Shown here one piece after another: positions 51,901-64,000 of a stretch of 64,000 bases of DNA. A program made the position numbers and the translations under genes. Each line of letters starts with the position of its first letter. Within the stretch, counting starts at the first letter, position 1. This stretch comes from Halocafeteria seosinensis (Eukaryota): the NCBI GenBank assembly GCA_001687465.1, contig LVLI01000035.1, positions 62,001 through 126,000 of the forward strand. Direction: 5' to 3'. Below the pieces are notes generated by a model, which saw nothing but the letters and a program-made list of their open reading frames with translations, made no database searches and was not told the origin of the DNA.

Positions 51901-54900
51901 AGTGATTGGCCGTAACTTTCAAGACACGGCAGGTTTGTTTTGTAAATTTGGTGAGAGCACTGGAGATGGAGACAGTGCAGTCCCAGCAACGAAGTTTATC
52001 AACAGTAGTCACATTATGTGTGTATCTCCAGCAGCAAAGAGTGCGGGTAGTTTCGTGTTGCAGGTTTCGGTAAATGGTCCTGCTATGCCGGCTAATTTCT
52101 CGTCGTCTCCCTTTGGCGCGAGCTCGGTCCGGTTCACCTATGATGCTCTCATCGTGATTGCTGAATTCGCCCCCGCCTTAGGGCCCGCCAACGGGTTCAC
52201 AGAGATCCTTGTGCATGGAGAAGGCTTTATTCCAAGCGGTAGAACACGCTGCAGACTTGGAGGAAAGACAACCACTGGGGCGTGGATCGATTCTACAACA
52301 ATAATGTGTCTGGCTCCTCCTATCGCCCCCGGGCTGTGGACCCTCGAAGTTGCGAATAACGGCGCCGACTTTACAAAATCATCAGTGCCATTTTTCGTGT
52401 ACGAAGAGCCATCGTTGTTATACTCATTCCCTTTAATGGGTCCAGCGTTTCAAGCAGGCTCGAATGTGGTTGTACTTGGCACAAACTTTGTCAACAATTC
52501 GCTGCTGTCCTGCAAGTTCAGCGACAAAGTGACTCCGGCTATATTCGTAACGCCTGAGCAGGTGCTATGTCCTTCGCCTCCTCTTTCAGAGTCGGATGGA
52601 TTGACTTGGCAGAGTCTCCATTGGCATGAGCATGTTAAAATTCCTCCAGCGAACCTCGTTCGTAGTTCTGCTGAGGCGATTTCACCGCTACTTTTTCCGC
52701 TAGCGCATTCCTTCCCCTTCTACTTCACGAGACTAGCTAGTTTGGAGATTTCGAATAATTTACAGGAATGGACTCAATCAGGAAGAAAATATCTGCAGTA
52801 CCTAGACACTGAGGTGGAAGGCGTCCATCCTCAAAATGGTGGAGCGAACCAACGGACGCCATTGTTCGTTACAGGGAAGAATTTCATCAATTCGACGTTT
52901 TTGGCTTGCCGAATTGGGACAGTACAAGTGTCTGCAGTGTTTATTAGTCCGTCGCTGGCTCTATGTTTCACACCCTCAATAGCCACGAGACAGTCTTCCA
53001 CTGGAGTGCACCGTCACGACACCACGTTTCAGGAGGGCTGGGAATTCGGACACCAAGTACGTGCTTCAATTCCGACTGTTCCTGGGACGGTTTTTGTTGA
53101 GATCACCAACAATTTCCAGGACTATTCGGCCAATAAATTCACTTACTCCTATCGAGAGGCGTGCCCCAGTGGTTACTATTGTCCCGTGGATAATTCGCCG
53201 AGTATGAACCCCTGTCCTCCCGGAGCGTTCTGCCCAGGAGAGGATAACAGCAACTTTACTGTGTGTCCCCGAGGCACCTATCAGCCTTTAGCGGGGAGCT
53301 TTGAGTGTCATCGTTGTCCTGTCGGGTACTTTTGCCCAGAACCTGCGATGCAAGTACCGCGAATCTGCCCGGCCGGTTTTGTCTGCGACAGTACCGGAAT
53401 GGAGCGCGCAGAGCAACCATGTCCTGAAGGCCATTTTTGTCTCGAGGGTACCGCAACTACGTCGACAACATGCGGATCTCTCCCGCCATCGTCTATTTTA
53501 ACTTCGACTGTGAACCATGCAGAGATGACGACAACTCAGCGGAGAGGCTGGGAATCTCGGGACTCACAACGAGTGCTGGGTGCCCGCAAACATGCATGCT
53601 GGGATAATTCCACGCGTGATTTCGGGTTTCAATTTAGCAATCACCCATCTCGTTTCTGGATGGAGCAGCACCTACTTCCGCTAGATCCTGACTCATATTT
53701 CAGTCCTACACGAGGGAAATACTGTGAAGACGATTCTTGTCTTCGACTGAGAGATGCTAGTAGTGTGTCTGTTTCGGATAGCGTCTTCAGCTATGCTTCG
53801 CAAGCGTTTAACCTTCGGAGACCAATACCCTGTCCTGCAGGATATTTCTGCCATCCTGGCACAGCTGTTCCCCTAGGTAACCCAGGTAACTTTACCACAC
53901 CTCAGCCGTGTTTTGAATCAATGTTTTGCCCCGAAGGAGCTAGCTCACCATACGGAAGTTCAGTTACTAGACCTGGATTTTACTCAATAGAAGGAGTTAG
54001 ATTCCCTTGTCCTGCTGGTACATTTTGCCCTGGTGAAGGCAACGTGGCCCCTCGCCCGTGCCTCCCCGGCTACTATAATGGTATGGTGGGTCAGAAAGAA
54101 TGCTTGCACTGTCCAGCGGGAAGTATATGCCCTGGTTATGGCCGAATTGGGCCAGCGTTGTGCCCGGCCGGATTTGTTTGCTCTTCGGAAGGCTTAGATT
54201 CTCCGAACACTTTATGCCCGGCTGGGTTTTACTGTCCCACTGGAACGATCACTTCCGACCCATTCCGTAATGATACCACCTTGAGACCGTATGCCTGCTC
54301 TCCTGGCACGTTCTGCTTGGCTGGCACCGGAAGCAACAAGGTAGTGGAAAATGATCCCCTGTTTGCGCAACCGTGTACAGGTGGGTTCTACTGTGAGGCA
54401 GCTAGTTCCACCCCCGTGGGCACCGGTCTGTGTCCTTTGGGCTTCTACTGCCCTGTAGGTACTGCAGTACCTATCCCAACAGAAGAAGGTACTTCTACTG
54501 AGATTCCGGGGCTTGAGGTAGCTGCCCAATGCCCACCAGGCTACTACGCTCCCACAATTCAGAACTCTGCCTGCTTCCCCTGCCCACCTGGGACCTCGTG
54601 TGACGCGGATGGAGTAAGCCAAGTTCAAGTTTGCGGACCCGGACGGTTTCGCAGTATTCAAGAGGCCGATGGAATTATATGTTCGGGTTGTCCGCAAGGA
54701 ACTTGGAGTAAAAACTGGGAACTGCGTGATGCTTCACAATGTACTCTTTGTCCTCCTGGAGTAGTCTGCCCGAAAGATGGTACTACAAGACCGTGTTCCA
54801 CTACGGACCTCCCTTCTCCATGGGATCCTCTGCCTCCAGAGGAACAGGTAAACGAGTTTGATTGCAGAGCAAAAGGCCCTTCCTTCGCGTTTGGTGTGTT

Positions 54901-57900
54901 AGAGGGTCCAATTGATAGCTTGGGTAGAGGGGCAACCTTAGTCGAAGACTCTTCCAGAGAAAACGCGAAATGTTACCAGAACTCCAACCCTGCGGGTTCC
55001 ATTGTATATCAGCGATTTAAGACATACCATGGACCATTGTTCGAAATTCAGCGAGGGCGAATCTACCAGGGATATGGCCAGGAAACATACAAAGGATTTT
55101 TCAACTTTGGCTCTGGATTCATCGAATTACCGACATTTCCAGTGTTCGACCCCACCAATAATTGCTCGAGTGGTTTCTTTTTGAGAGATAAGCAAAACAA
55201 TGAAAATATCTGGCACCCTGGTAACTGCGAAGTGGATCAAATATGCCAAGAGGAAGGTCTCAGTGATGCCGAGCCATGTGAAGAAGGTTTTGTTTGTGAT
55301 GAGGGCACAACGGCATCGAACGCAAATGACATAGTTTGCCCCGGTGGATACGTCTGCGATTTTGGCACCACACCAGACAAAACCTTACTGAACCCAGCCT
55401 CGCAATATCAGCAGCTTTGTCGTGAGGGGTTTTATTGCCTCGAGGGTACAGCTGTTAGCCGCCAGGAAAACAACCAATGTCCGGCTGGATACTTCTGTCA
55501 TACCGGGAGTTTTGACCCCTTAGTTGGGTTTATGGCGAGCGATGGGTTTTTCCGGGAGATCAACGCAAGTTTGCTCGATCCCTTCGAACCGGTGATCGAC
55601 AGAAAGCGCTTACCAGAAGAATCCCAGAAGCGTGACATTTCTGCACATGATCAAGCATGCTTTAATGGCATAAATGATGAGCTACGGAAACAGGAAGAAT
55701 TACGAATCTATCACAATGGTAAGCCGTTCCACATCAATTTGGCGGTCGAAAATAATCTAATTTGCGCCCGTGACCATAAGTGGCGAACCATTGCCGCTGC
55801 AATTGCTCGAGAAGAGTGCAATTGTGTTGCACAGATTGCTTTAGTACACGAAATCTGGCGAATGTGGATGTGCAGTTTCCAGCCGTTGGATTTGTCACAG
55901 TGTACTTTCGTCGTTGTCAGTGGCGGCCCAGCGAGAGGGTTAACTGTGAAGGATGAGTTTCTTCGTCAGAACCCTAGTCTCTCGGAGCTCTGGCAGAATG
56001 TTAGGGACGACGATCCGGCTCCAATCGAAGATTTTTTACCGGAGACCGGACTGCAGTTTGGTGTGCAGTTACCCCCGCCATCCCTTGCTAAGCGCTATTG
56101 GAGAAACTGTGAAAGTGTGGGTCTCGTGGAATGCAGTGGCCGCGCAGGGTTCGAGAGTATCAAGAACATGGCATGCCCCGTCTTCTGTAGTTGGGCAGAA
56201 GCAAAAGTATGGACTGAAGAAAAATGGATAGAAGAAATTGACAGGACAACCGCCGAGAAACTGCTTGGCAATGCTCACGCTCGCATAGACCCATTTGTGT
56301 ACGACATGAAGTGGGGCATTGACGTTACTGATACAGAACGGCTTTTGCGTAGACCGGATCTGGATGACGATGACGCCGTATTCTTAGGAAATAGGACCAT
56401 TGAACTGATAACGATGGATCCGATATCCGCACAGATCAAGAGGCTGGACATGTGTCGGTGTGAGTCGAGCTTGAGGTGTCCGAACGCTACTGCTTCTGAC
56501 GCCGGTTCAACTTCCATCTTTGAGTGCCAGCGCCAAGGGGATGAAGTTCTTCAGCGTATGGTTCCCATTCCTCACGATGAAGAGCAATTAGTGTTCGATA
56601 ACTCTTCTATAATACTTACTAATCTATTTGATGATTTGGGAGGCATAGCAAGGTTCCGGATTCATCCTATGCAGACCATAGCGATTACTGTTAACTTCAC
56701 TGGATTACCATTGAACTTTACATACGAGTCACATTATGATATCAGTGTGTATTCAGGTTGTACGCCTTGCCCTCCCAGGTACCGCTGTGTACACACAGCT
56801 GTCCCGCCAACATGTGTTTGGCCGTCCTTGAAGGATCAGCAGTCGTTTGGATTCCTGTGCGAGGAATGTTGCAAGTGTTCCGCGGAGAAGATGCCGAGGT
56901 GGTTTGATATCCAACAAGAACAGCCACCTTTTAGTGACAACAAACATCGGTTTATACAATTTCAGATCACGGGGCTTAGGACGGTGGATCTGTTCGTTGT
57001 GGTAGAACTTCTTCACGGACTTCACTATGAGAGCTTTAACGAAGGAATGAAAGGAGTGGCTGTTTCCCATGTAACTGTGCCGCATCGTAGTAACTGGAAT
57101 GGTACAATACCACGTGGAGACAGAGGTGCTGGGTTCCTAGCTGTTCTGCGGTCTGAGGATTTTGAGGAGCTGCAGCTGCCACTAAACTTACCAACAGCCT
57201 TTAGACGCCCTGCGGGAAGCTCTAGCCGGACAGAACGGATAATGGCCAATGATATACTGCTTGATTATGTCGCAGACCCGCGAATCGGCGATCCTGATTA
57301 TCTATCTAAGTCGTTTCAGATGTCGCAGCGCAAGTTCCGTTTTGGCATGATCGAGGCAGATGCCGATCTGGAGGAAGAAGAGGAAGATGATATAGACTTC
57401 GAATTCAGAGGGCGCAGACACCTGAGAAGCGTGAAGGGATCCAGACGGTTAAGAGAAACCGAGGAGTATGTTCCCCGGGAAATCCGTGAAGAGACACGAG
57501 AATGGCCAGACATCGTGAGGACCCCCCTCTCCGAAGCAGAGTTTCCCTCCAACTGGTGGAGCACGATTGATGATGATCCTTTTGAATTTATTTCTCTTCC
57601 GTATCTTCCTTTTTTTTCCAATTGTGAAGGCTTTGGCAGTCACATGACTATCGCACAAGCGTTTGAGTTTCACCCAGATTGCTTAAGGGTCGAGTACGAG
57701 AACACTGTTCCAGTCAATCAATGGTGGTGGAACTTTCAGTTCAATCCTGTCGCAGACAAATGCGAAGAACTCGCCTTTGAACCGCGCAGAATTGACGGAA
57801 AGCTTTTCGATAATAATGGTAAAGGGGCTCCTGGTGTTCCTTTGTACTGCGTCTACGAGGAGAGTATCATGGTCCCTCCAACTCAACGTCGCTGGTTTGA

Positions 57901-60900
57901 ACTGCCTGAGGGCAGTACATTATTTTACATGACCAAAGAACCGGTTTCAGCCACTGTCTTTGAGGGTGAAGCCGATGAATCGAATTGGGGAAGAAATAGA
58001 GAGCTCGAGCGAATTGCATTCTCGGATGAGGTAATTCCTATCGATGTATTGACTCCGTTCATAGAAGACGTCATTCCTCGGACAATTGAGCTGGAGATTG
58101 GCTTCTTCCAGGTTGAAAAAGGCTTAAAACGTATCGTCGCAGGCAGTGTAGAGTACACTGATTATTGCACTACGGTGAGCATTCCAGAGGACATTCGCAG
58201 GTTTGAGACTTTCACACCTCCTATTCTTCCGTGCGAAAGCAACAATTTTAATTATACTGTTGAGTTCAAATTTGTCGGACTTGATTGGTTAGCACTGCTT
58301 AATCTGTTTGAATTCGAATGGCCAGTTTATCTGATGTTCTTCTTTGCCATTGGGTTTCTGACAGTGGTTCTCGCTATGACAATTTACGTCATCCATCGCC
58401 TAATGACGAAGTTGAAATATCCACCCAAATTGAAGCTTCTTAAGATGTGGAACACCATAAGCCCAGCCCCCATTTTTGGTGTTGCGCTCTCGACGATTCC
58501 CGTATTCTTATTGACCGTATTCATCGTCCTGTGGTTTCTGGGGTGGGGAAGCGACGATCCTGTCTTTTATCCTGCCAGCCACAATTTCGAAGGAATAGCA
58601 GGGGACTGGCTAGACACGGCGCAGTTGACCGTCCAGCGCATCAAATTGTATGCAATGGGAAGAATCGGCGATGCGTTTATTCTGATTGGTTTGTTTTTGG
58701 TCGCTGGTTGCACAGCAGTTTTAATCCCCAAGCAACCGGCCATGACGTACATCCATGACAACATTGCTGAAGAAGAAGTGCTCAGGGTAGAAAACGAGGA
58801 ACTAGAGAGTGTGCACTCGGACAAGGAAGAAGATGATCCAGAACTTGTAGCCGTGAAATCTACGTTTCAGCCATTTTCGTGGAAACGGGCACACCTTGTC
58901 TTCGTCGTGCTGCTGGAAGTTGTCATGATAATAGCATTGCTGGAGTTTTCTTACTCTACTCTTTTTGCAGAAAACCAGGTATTCTGTTTGATTGCTCTAA
59001 AGGTTGGACAGGTATTTGTCGAGATCTTCATGTTGAGGATCGTAGATGAAGCACTTCTCGTGGCACCGCTACTAGCCGCGTTTGTAATGATTCAAATTTT
59101 GATAACCCTCGGGGCGTTGAATTTGACATCGTTTGTGATGGCATTTTTCGTCCAAGTTTTATCTAGTATTTTTCAGCGACTGTATTTCAATCCCTTTATC
59201 AAACAGCTCTATGCTAGATGGCCAATTTACAAGATAGGCATTCGTCAACGCTGCCGACGAGACAAGAAGAGAAGTCGCGAAAAGCGTCGCGCAGAAAAGA
59301 AGGAAATTGAATTGTTGGAATCAATGGTTGTTATGGAGACGGAGGGCATCGAACCGATGCTTGACTCGTACTTCGTATCAACGATTGAAGTACTTTCTCT
59401 CTTAATGTTTCCGATCTTGCAACTTTTGCTTTTCCTGATGGACGGAAACCAGCTTCATTCCCAAAGGCTGACCGAGGTTCCATTTAATTTCGGTATACGA
59501 GAGAGTGACCTTATCTATTATACTATATTTGCATTAATCAGCATCCCAGCTCAGCTTGCAGCCGACGTCTTTATCCTGAATTCTATGGAGCTTGCCCACG
59601 GTTGGAAACTGCACGAGTACATAACATTTCAGAGGTATCGTTTCCTTGTGCGTAACAGAAGATGGATTCTTAGGTCGAAAAGGAAGGACTATAGCTTGTC
59701 ACCTAAAATGCAAACGCTTGATTCGATGTGCTTCTCGAGTCAATTCTTTTTCATTTCCAGCCTCTTTGCATGGGGTATTCTATTGCTCGTCATCGGTTGG
59801 ACTATACATTTAAGAAAGGGTTATCAGATGTTTGGGGATGTAATATTCAGCGTGATTCTCGTCGCATGTGTATTGCTCGCAGTAGTCACGAAGAAATTAG
59901 CTTGGAAAGTTGCTAACTTTTTTGGTCTATGGCAACGGCTTGCCAGTGATATTACGTTCAACGAGGATGAAGCCCTTCGCTTGGCAATTGGTGACAGCGT
60001 AGGAGAGAGTGTGGAGCAAGAACGCATGGATATGATTGCAATGAATAGTGCCCGGTTTCGATATAAGTTCCTAGATCGTAATAGACCTTGGTTGATTCAG
60101 CACTTGACAGAGCTGTTGACTCCTAGGGTATTGGAGAGCCTGACAGAAAAAAAGAAAACGCACATTGACTACGTCCGTCATGTTTATCAAAAAGTCCTTG
60201 ACATGATGGATGATCCAGAGGCGGTGGGGCAGTATTCGGATTCTGAAGACGAGGAAAAGGGCAGGATCAAAGGCGACGCGGCACGATTCCTTGCGGAAAA
60301 AATTCGAAATATGGCCCCACTATCAGACTCTTCCAAGACTATTGCTAGACGATGGCTGAAACGGGCTAGAAGAAATATTAATTATTCTATATTATTCAAT
60401 GAAGTTCTATGGGAGGCGAAGAAAAGCATCTGTGATAACTGCGGCAGAATGGAGGGGCCAGGGGTAAACATTTCACCCAAGCTGAAATACAACGGCCGAG
60501 ATCTAGACCATCCAACAGAAGAGATGAAAGCGGCTTTTGAAAACTTGTTCAACCATGTTGAGGAAGAACTTACCGATGACCACTGGAGAGCGTTTTTGGC
60601 CGAGCGTGGGACGTGTACTATGAAATGTAACTTCTGCATCAGCGAAGAACTACGCCAAGAAGAAGCCCTCCGTAGAGAAAAAGCATATGGTGTGGAGGCA
60701 ATGAGATCGAAGGATCGAGAAGCGGTCACTGAGCAATTTTTCGATCCTATTCATATTCCAACCGATGGCCCAGTTGGTAGGATGATGATGAAATGGCTGA
60801 TAGCGGCGCGTACGCGGATCGGTGGTGAATTTCCTCGAGCTCATGCTGAAAGTGAGATGGCAAGATACGCCGAGATGTTACGGAAGGCCAGGCAAGTTCA

Positions 60901-61684
60901 TGCTCAGCGGAAAGAAATCGAGAAGCGAAGCACAGAAAGGTCTCAACATATATCTGCAACACCGGAGTTCAGTCGCGTCAGCATGTCGGAAGCTTCGAAA
61001 GCCATATTGCGAAGATGGTATATACAGTGTAGAGACAATATGCGCCAAAAGAGGGAGAATAACATAGTAGAAGCTCTTACAGCCCTGGAGGAGGAACGCA
61101 AGCACTTCAGGGAAGAAGATGACCATTTGTTTACTGCTGAATTCCGCCAAGCTGGTGGGTCGCTTGTACATGAAGGCCAATCACTCATTCGAAAGCACCA
61201 AGAGGTGATGGAAGAAGCAGAGGTGCAAAGAGTTGGCGCATCAAGACGGCAGCTGTCCAGCTTTGTTAACGAACGGAAGAAAGAAAAGGAGAAAGTGGCC
61301 GACAATGCAGAGACGAAAGCTAGAAAAATAATAGACTCAGAGAAAGCAGAAATAGATGCCGAAATCTCATCGCTAGAAAAGAAGCGCACTGAGGCGAGCG
61401 GAGATCAATCGGAAATCCAGCGTCGTATTGAAGAGCTTGAAGTAGAACGCGAAGCATTGCAGGTTAAATTGCAAACTATCATCGCCCAGAAAGAGGAGGA
61501 AATGTTTCATGCTTTGGAGCTGAGTATCGCCAAGAAGGAGGCAGATCAGCCAATGGTGGAGTCGAGAATCCTCGATGATGCCGCTAACTCCGTCCTTGAT
61601 CAGGAGCAAGACTGGATAAAGCGAGTGGAGGACTGGATCGCCCTTGGGAAGCGGAAGAGAAGCGTACTACAGCACAATCGGTAG
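30930..61684 (+). CDS. Giant (>10,000 aa) multipass membrane protein: IPT/TIG repeats, inserted EVQ-type beta modules, GCC2/GCC3 Cys-rich repeats, ~11 TM helices, coiled-coil tail (CRMP-like); true start probably upstream
   Basis: Open frame 31223-61684. IPT motifs (P.I..i.P..G...Gg..v.v.G..F...C.F...C..P...vS.NG); CP.G.YC..G repeats at about 53160-55510; TM cluster at about 58280-59940; E/K/R-rich tail. A 62-bp GT-AG intron at 31187-31248 links it in frame to the ORF at 30930-31186. Confidence 0.85.
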
Positions 61685-63157
61685 TCTGCATTGTTGCGTC
61701 CTAAGGTTCAAGCCATGCCTGGAATACGCAGAACCAGATTCTGCACACCTTGAGTTACATCGACAGTAGTTGGAGAACTCGATTCTTTATGAATGTCGAC
61801 AAGTACACATGCATATGAATACAACAGTATCTGTATCGAAAAGTCTGTAATTTTTCTTGTAATAGAGTCTTACTTTAAATGGCATCCTTAACTCGTTGTC
61901 TAGCTTTAGCTGGGCAATTGTATGGAATGTGCGGCAACGAGGCCAACTTCCCCGTAGGAGAGTAGCAGGGTCATGTACCGCAGAAGAGCACTTCCGAATG
62001 ATTATTATTTGGGTAGCAGAGTGACACATCAAGTGAGTAGCGCGTGTCATATGTTAGGGTGTACTGGACACAGTAACTAACTGTGCTACAAACAGCCGCT
62101 GTACAAAATCACAGGCGAGGAGTCACTACGTTCCCGTAGGAGACTTCGTGTACTGTACATTGAATATGGGCTAATATAACTACGCCGTCATGGATATCGT
62201 GCCAGTATTGCAACTCAACTGGTATAATGCTCTGCTTCATCAAAGATACCACGGATCTCTCCTGCACCTTGCAGTCCTGGCCACATACGTCGAAAATCAC
62301 ATTTCGTAAGAAGGAGATCCGTGTACTGCATGTCATAGTATAGTGACGAACATCCTCTTCCGAATAGGTAAGGCTTTGCTTCGCCGCACACTCTTCAATG
62401 CAACAGAACAGCGCAGATCGCTCAGCCCATCACTCTTGCGGTTGGGAATCCTGAGCAGCTCAAATCCTTTTTATGTTTCATATACTTGCTGTCGTACCGA
62501 TATGTAATCATCTTCGTTAATTGGCGGAAACTTCTCATTGCAAAGACACCCCGTTGAATCCTACCTGGTAGGAATCCATGGCTTCATTTCCTTTACGTGG
62601 GGAATGAAGTGCTCGTGAGGTATGCGTGCTTACTGACTGCATCGTTTTTGAGTCCCGCAGTATTACCTGTCTCTGTATTGCACAAGGCACGTTGCGTATG
62701 GGAGTGACACACTCTCAGAGTGTTCGCGTTAAGTAGACGATAGTGGTGGTAATTCCCGGATTGAAGTGAGGGGGACTCCAGCCCAGGGCGGGAGCCGGCC
62801 CGGAGGGTCGGAAACGTTTCGACAGAGAAGAAAAACTGTCACTCTACCAGTGACTCTGGCAGTGGGGAGAAACTGCCAGCGTAGCACACTAATACATTTA
62901 CAAAGTGTTGATAAGCAGATACACATTCCATCTCAAAGCAAAACCCTGTACACACATTTTTGTTATTGGAGTGAAACCAAGGAAAGAAGGTGTGTGTCCG
63001 GGAGATTGTGCCTTGTCTTTTGTGTCCCTTCTGTGCTGGGCGCTGTCCCTTTTTCCTCCTCTATGTACGACACTAGAGCCTTCTTTCTGTACTATGGAGC
63101 TGGTTTCCCTCATAAACGCATTTTGGTATCTTCTGTTGACCGCAGAGAGTAATAACC

Positions 63158-63953
63158 ATGAAGGGCTCCCACTCGCTCTTCCTGTGTGGGCTAGTCAACG
63201 TGACGCTGCTGCTCCTGGCCACAACTAGCGCGGAAGCCTCCGACTGCTGCCAAATTTCAGGCGGTACACTTGTTAGCTGCGAAGATTGTGAACCTGGTGT
63301 ATTGTAAGGATATATGTATGATAGTTGCTCATGCTATTAGTGTACTAAGCAAAGATGCATTGCAGGAAGCTCAATAATCTGGGCATCACTTCAATCACTG
63401 ATGGGGCGTTCTCGCACCCCAGCAACTTGGACCTAACACAGCTGTGAGTCTGCAGGACAATATATGGATTTATGGCCATGTTTGGATGATGTCGTAACTA
63501 CAGGCAATTGAACGATAACTCTTTGACAGAGTTAAGAAAGGAGATGCTTGAGGGACTAGGCAACCTTGTTCGTCTGTAAGGCACATACGTTTGGCGTGCA
63601 TCATGCTTGATTTGCTTTAAATAAGTTGGGATATGGGTGGTTCCACAGCTTTGTCAACCGGAATCAAATTTCAAGTATTGATGTCGACGTGTTAGACATG
63701 ACTCCGAAGCTAGCGAGATTTGAAATGGAGTTTAATGAGCTAACCTCGGTACCTGCTGAATTCCTGAAAAGGAATGTTGTGAATGCATTGACCTATATGT
63801 AAGTTCTATGCATGTTTGTAGAGTCTCCAACACAGGGTTTTCGGAGAATCTACGCTTTTGTTATACGTACTACAGTCGTTTCGATAACAACAAAATTGGA
63901 GAGCTAGACCCTCACTTCTTTGAAATTGGGGAGAATGACAAGTTCTTGACCCT
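63158..63953 (+). CDS. Secreted or surface leucine-rich repeat protein, 3'-partial; exons 63158-63303, 63366-63443, 63504-63575, 63649-63798, 63876-63953
   Basis: Not in the ORF track. Signal peptide MKGSHSLFLCGLVNVTLLLLATTSA, Cys cap CCQISGGTLVSCEDC, then LRRs LKLNNLGITSITDGAF, LQLNDNSLTELRKEMLEGL, FVNRNQISSI, EMEFNELTSVP, RFDNNKIGEL. All introns are GT-AG. Confidence 0.85.
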
Positions 63954-64000
63954 GTAAGTCCTCGCTTGCAAGAGTTCACATCACATTCCTGTAAGATACT

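Noticed and set aside
31408..61609. Many antisense and alternate-frame ORFs within the giant gene and other genes
   Set aside because: Shadow ORFs of real coding sequence with no independent motifs.
61700..62600. Possible multi-exon minus-strand gene
   Set aside because: Short ORFs and some splice-like sites, but no recognisable domain or coherent frame.

Overview
Eukaryotic nuclear DNA from a gene-dense protist genome with short (mostly about 60-95 bp) spliceosomal introns. AHI1 implies a flagellated organism; a SAR/stramenopile-like origin is my inference. Gene order: CEBPZ/Mak21 (5'-partial); a small mobile-element graveyard at 3.3-4.2 kb; USP36/42-like deubiquitinase; AHI1/Jouberin; PI-phospholipase C; SEC14/GOLD protein; prolyl 4-hydroxylase; membrane-anchored PhoD-like phosphatase with a GC-AG intron; RPB9; AMACR; an alpha/beta hydrolase; a secreted LamG protein; a giant protein of over 10,000 aa; and the 5' part of a secreted LRR gene. 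The giant is encoded almost wholly by one ~30.4-kb open frame: an IPT/TIG stalk with nested insert modules, GCC2/GCC3-type Cys repeats, about 11 TM helices and a coiled-coil tail, which resembles alveolate CRMP exocytosis sensors. The graveyard holds a decayed RLE retrotransposon fragment, two (TG)n-tailed micro-insertions with target-site duplications, and (CCCTAA)3 with a 7-bp duplication. The LRR gene has symmetric phase-2 exons of one or two repeats each. All family calls come from motif recognition by eye; no searches were run.
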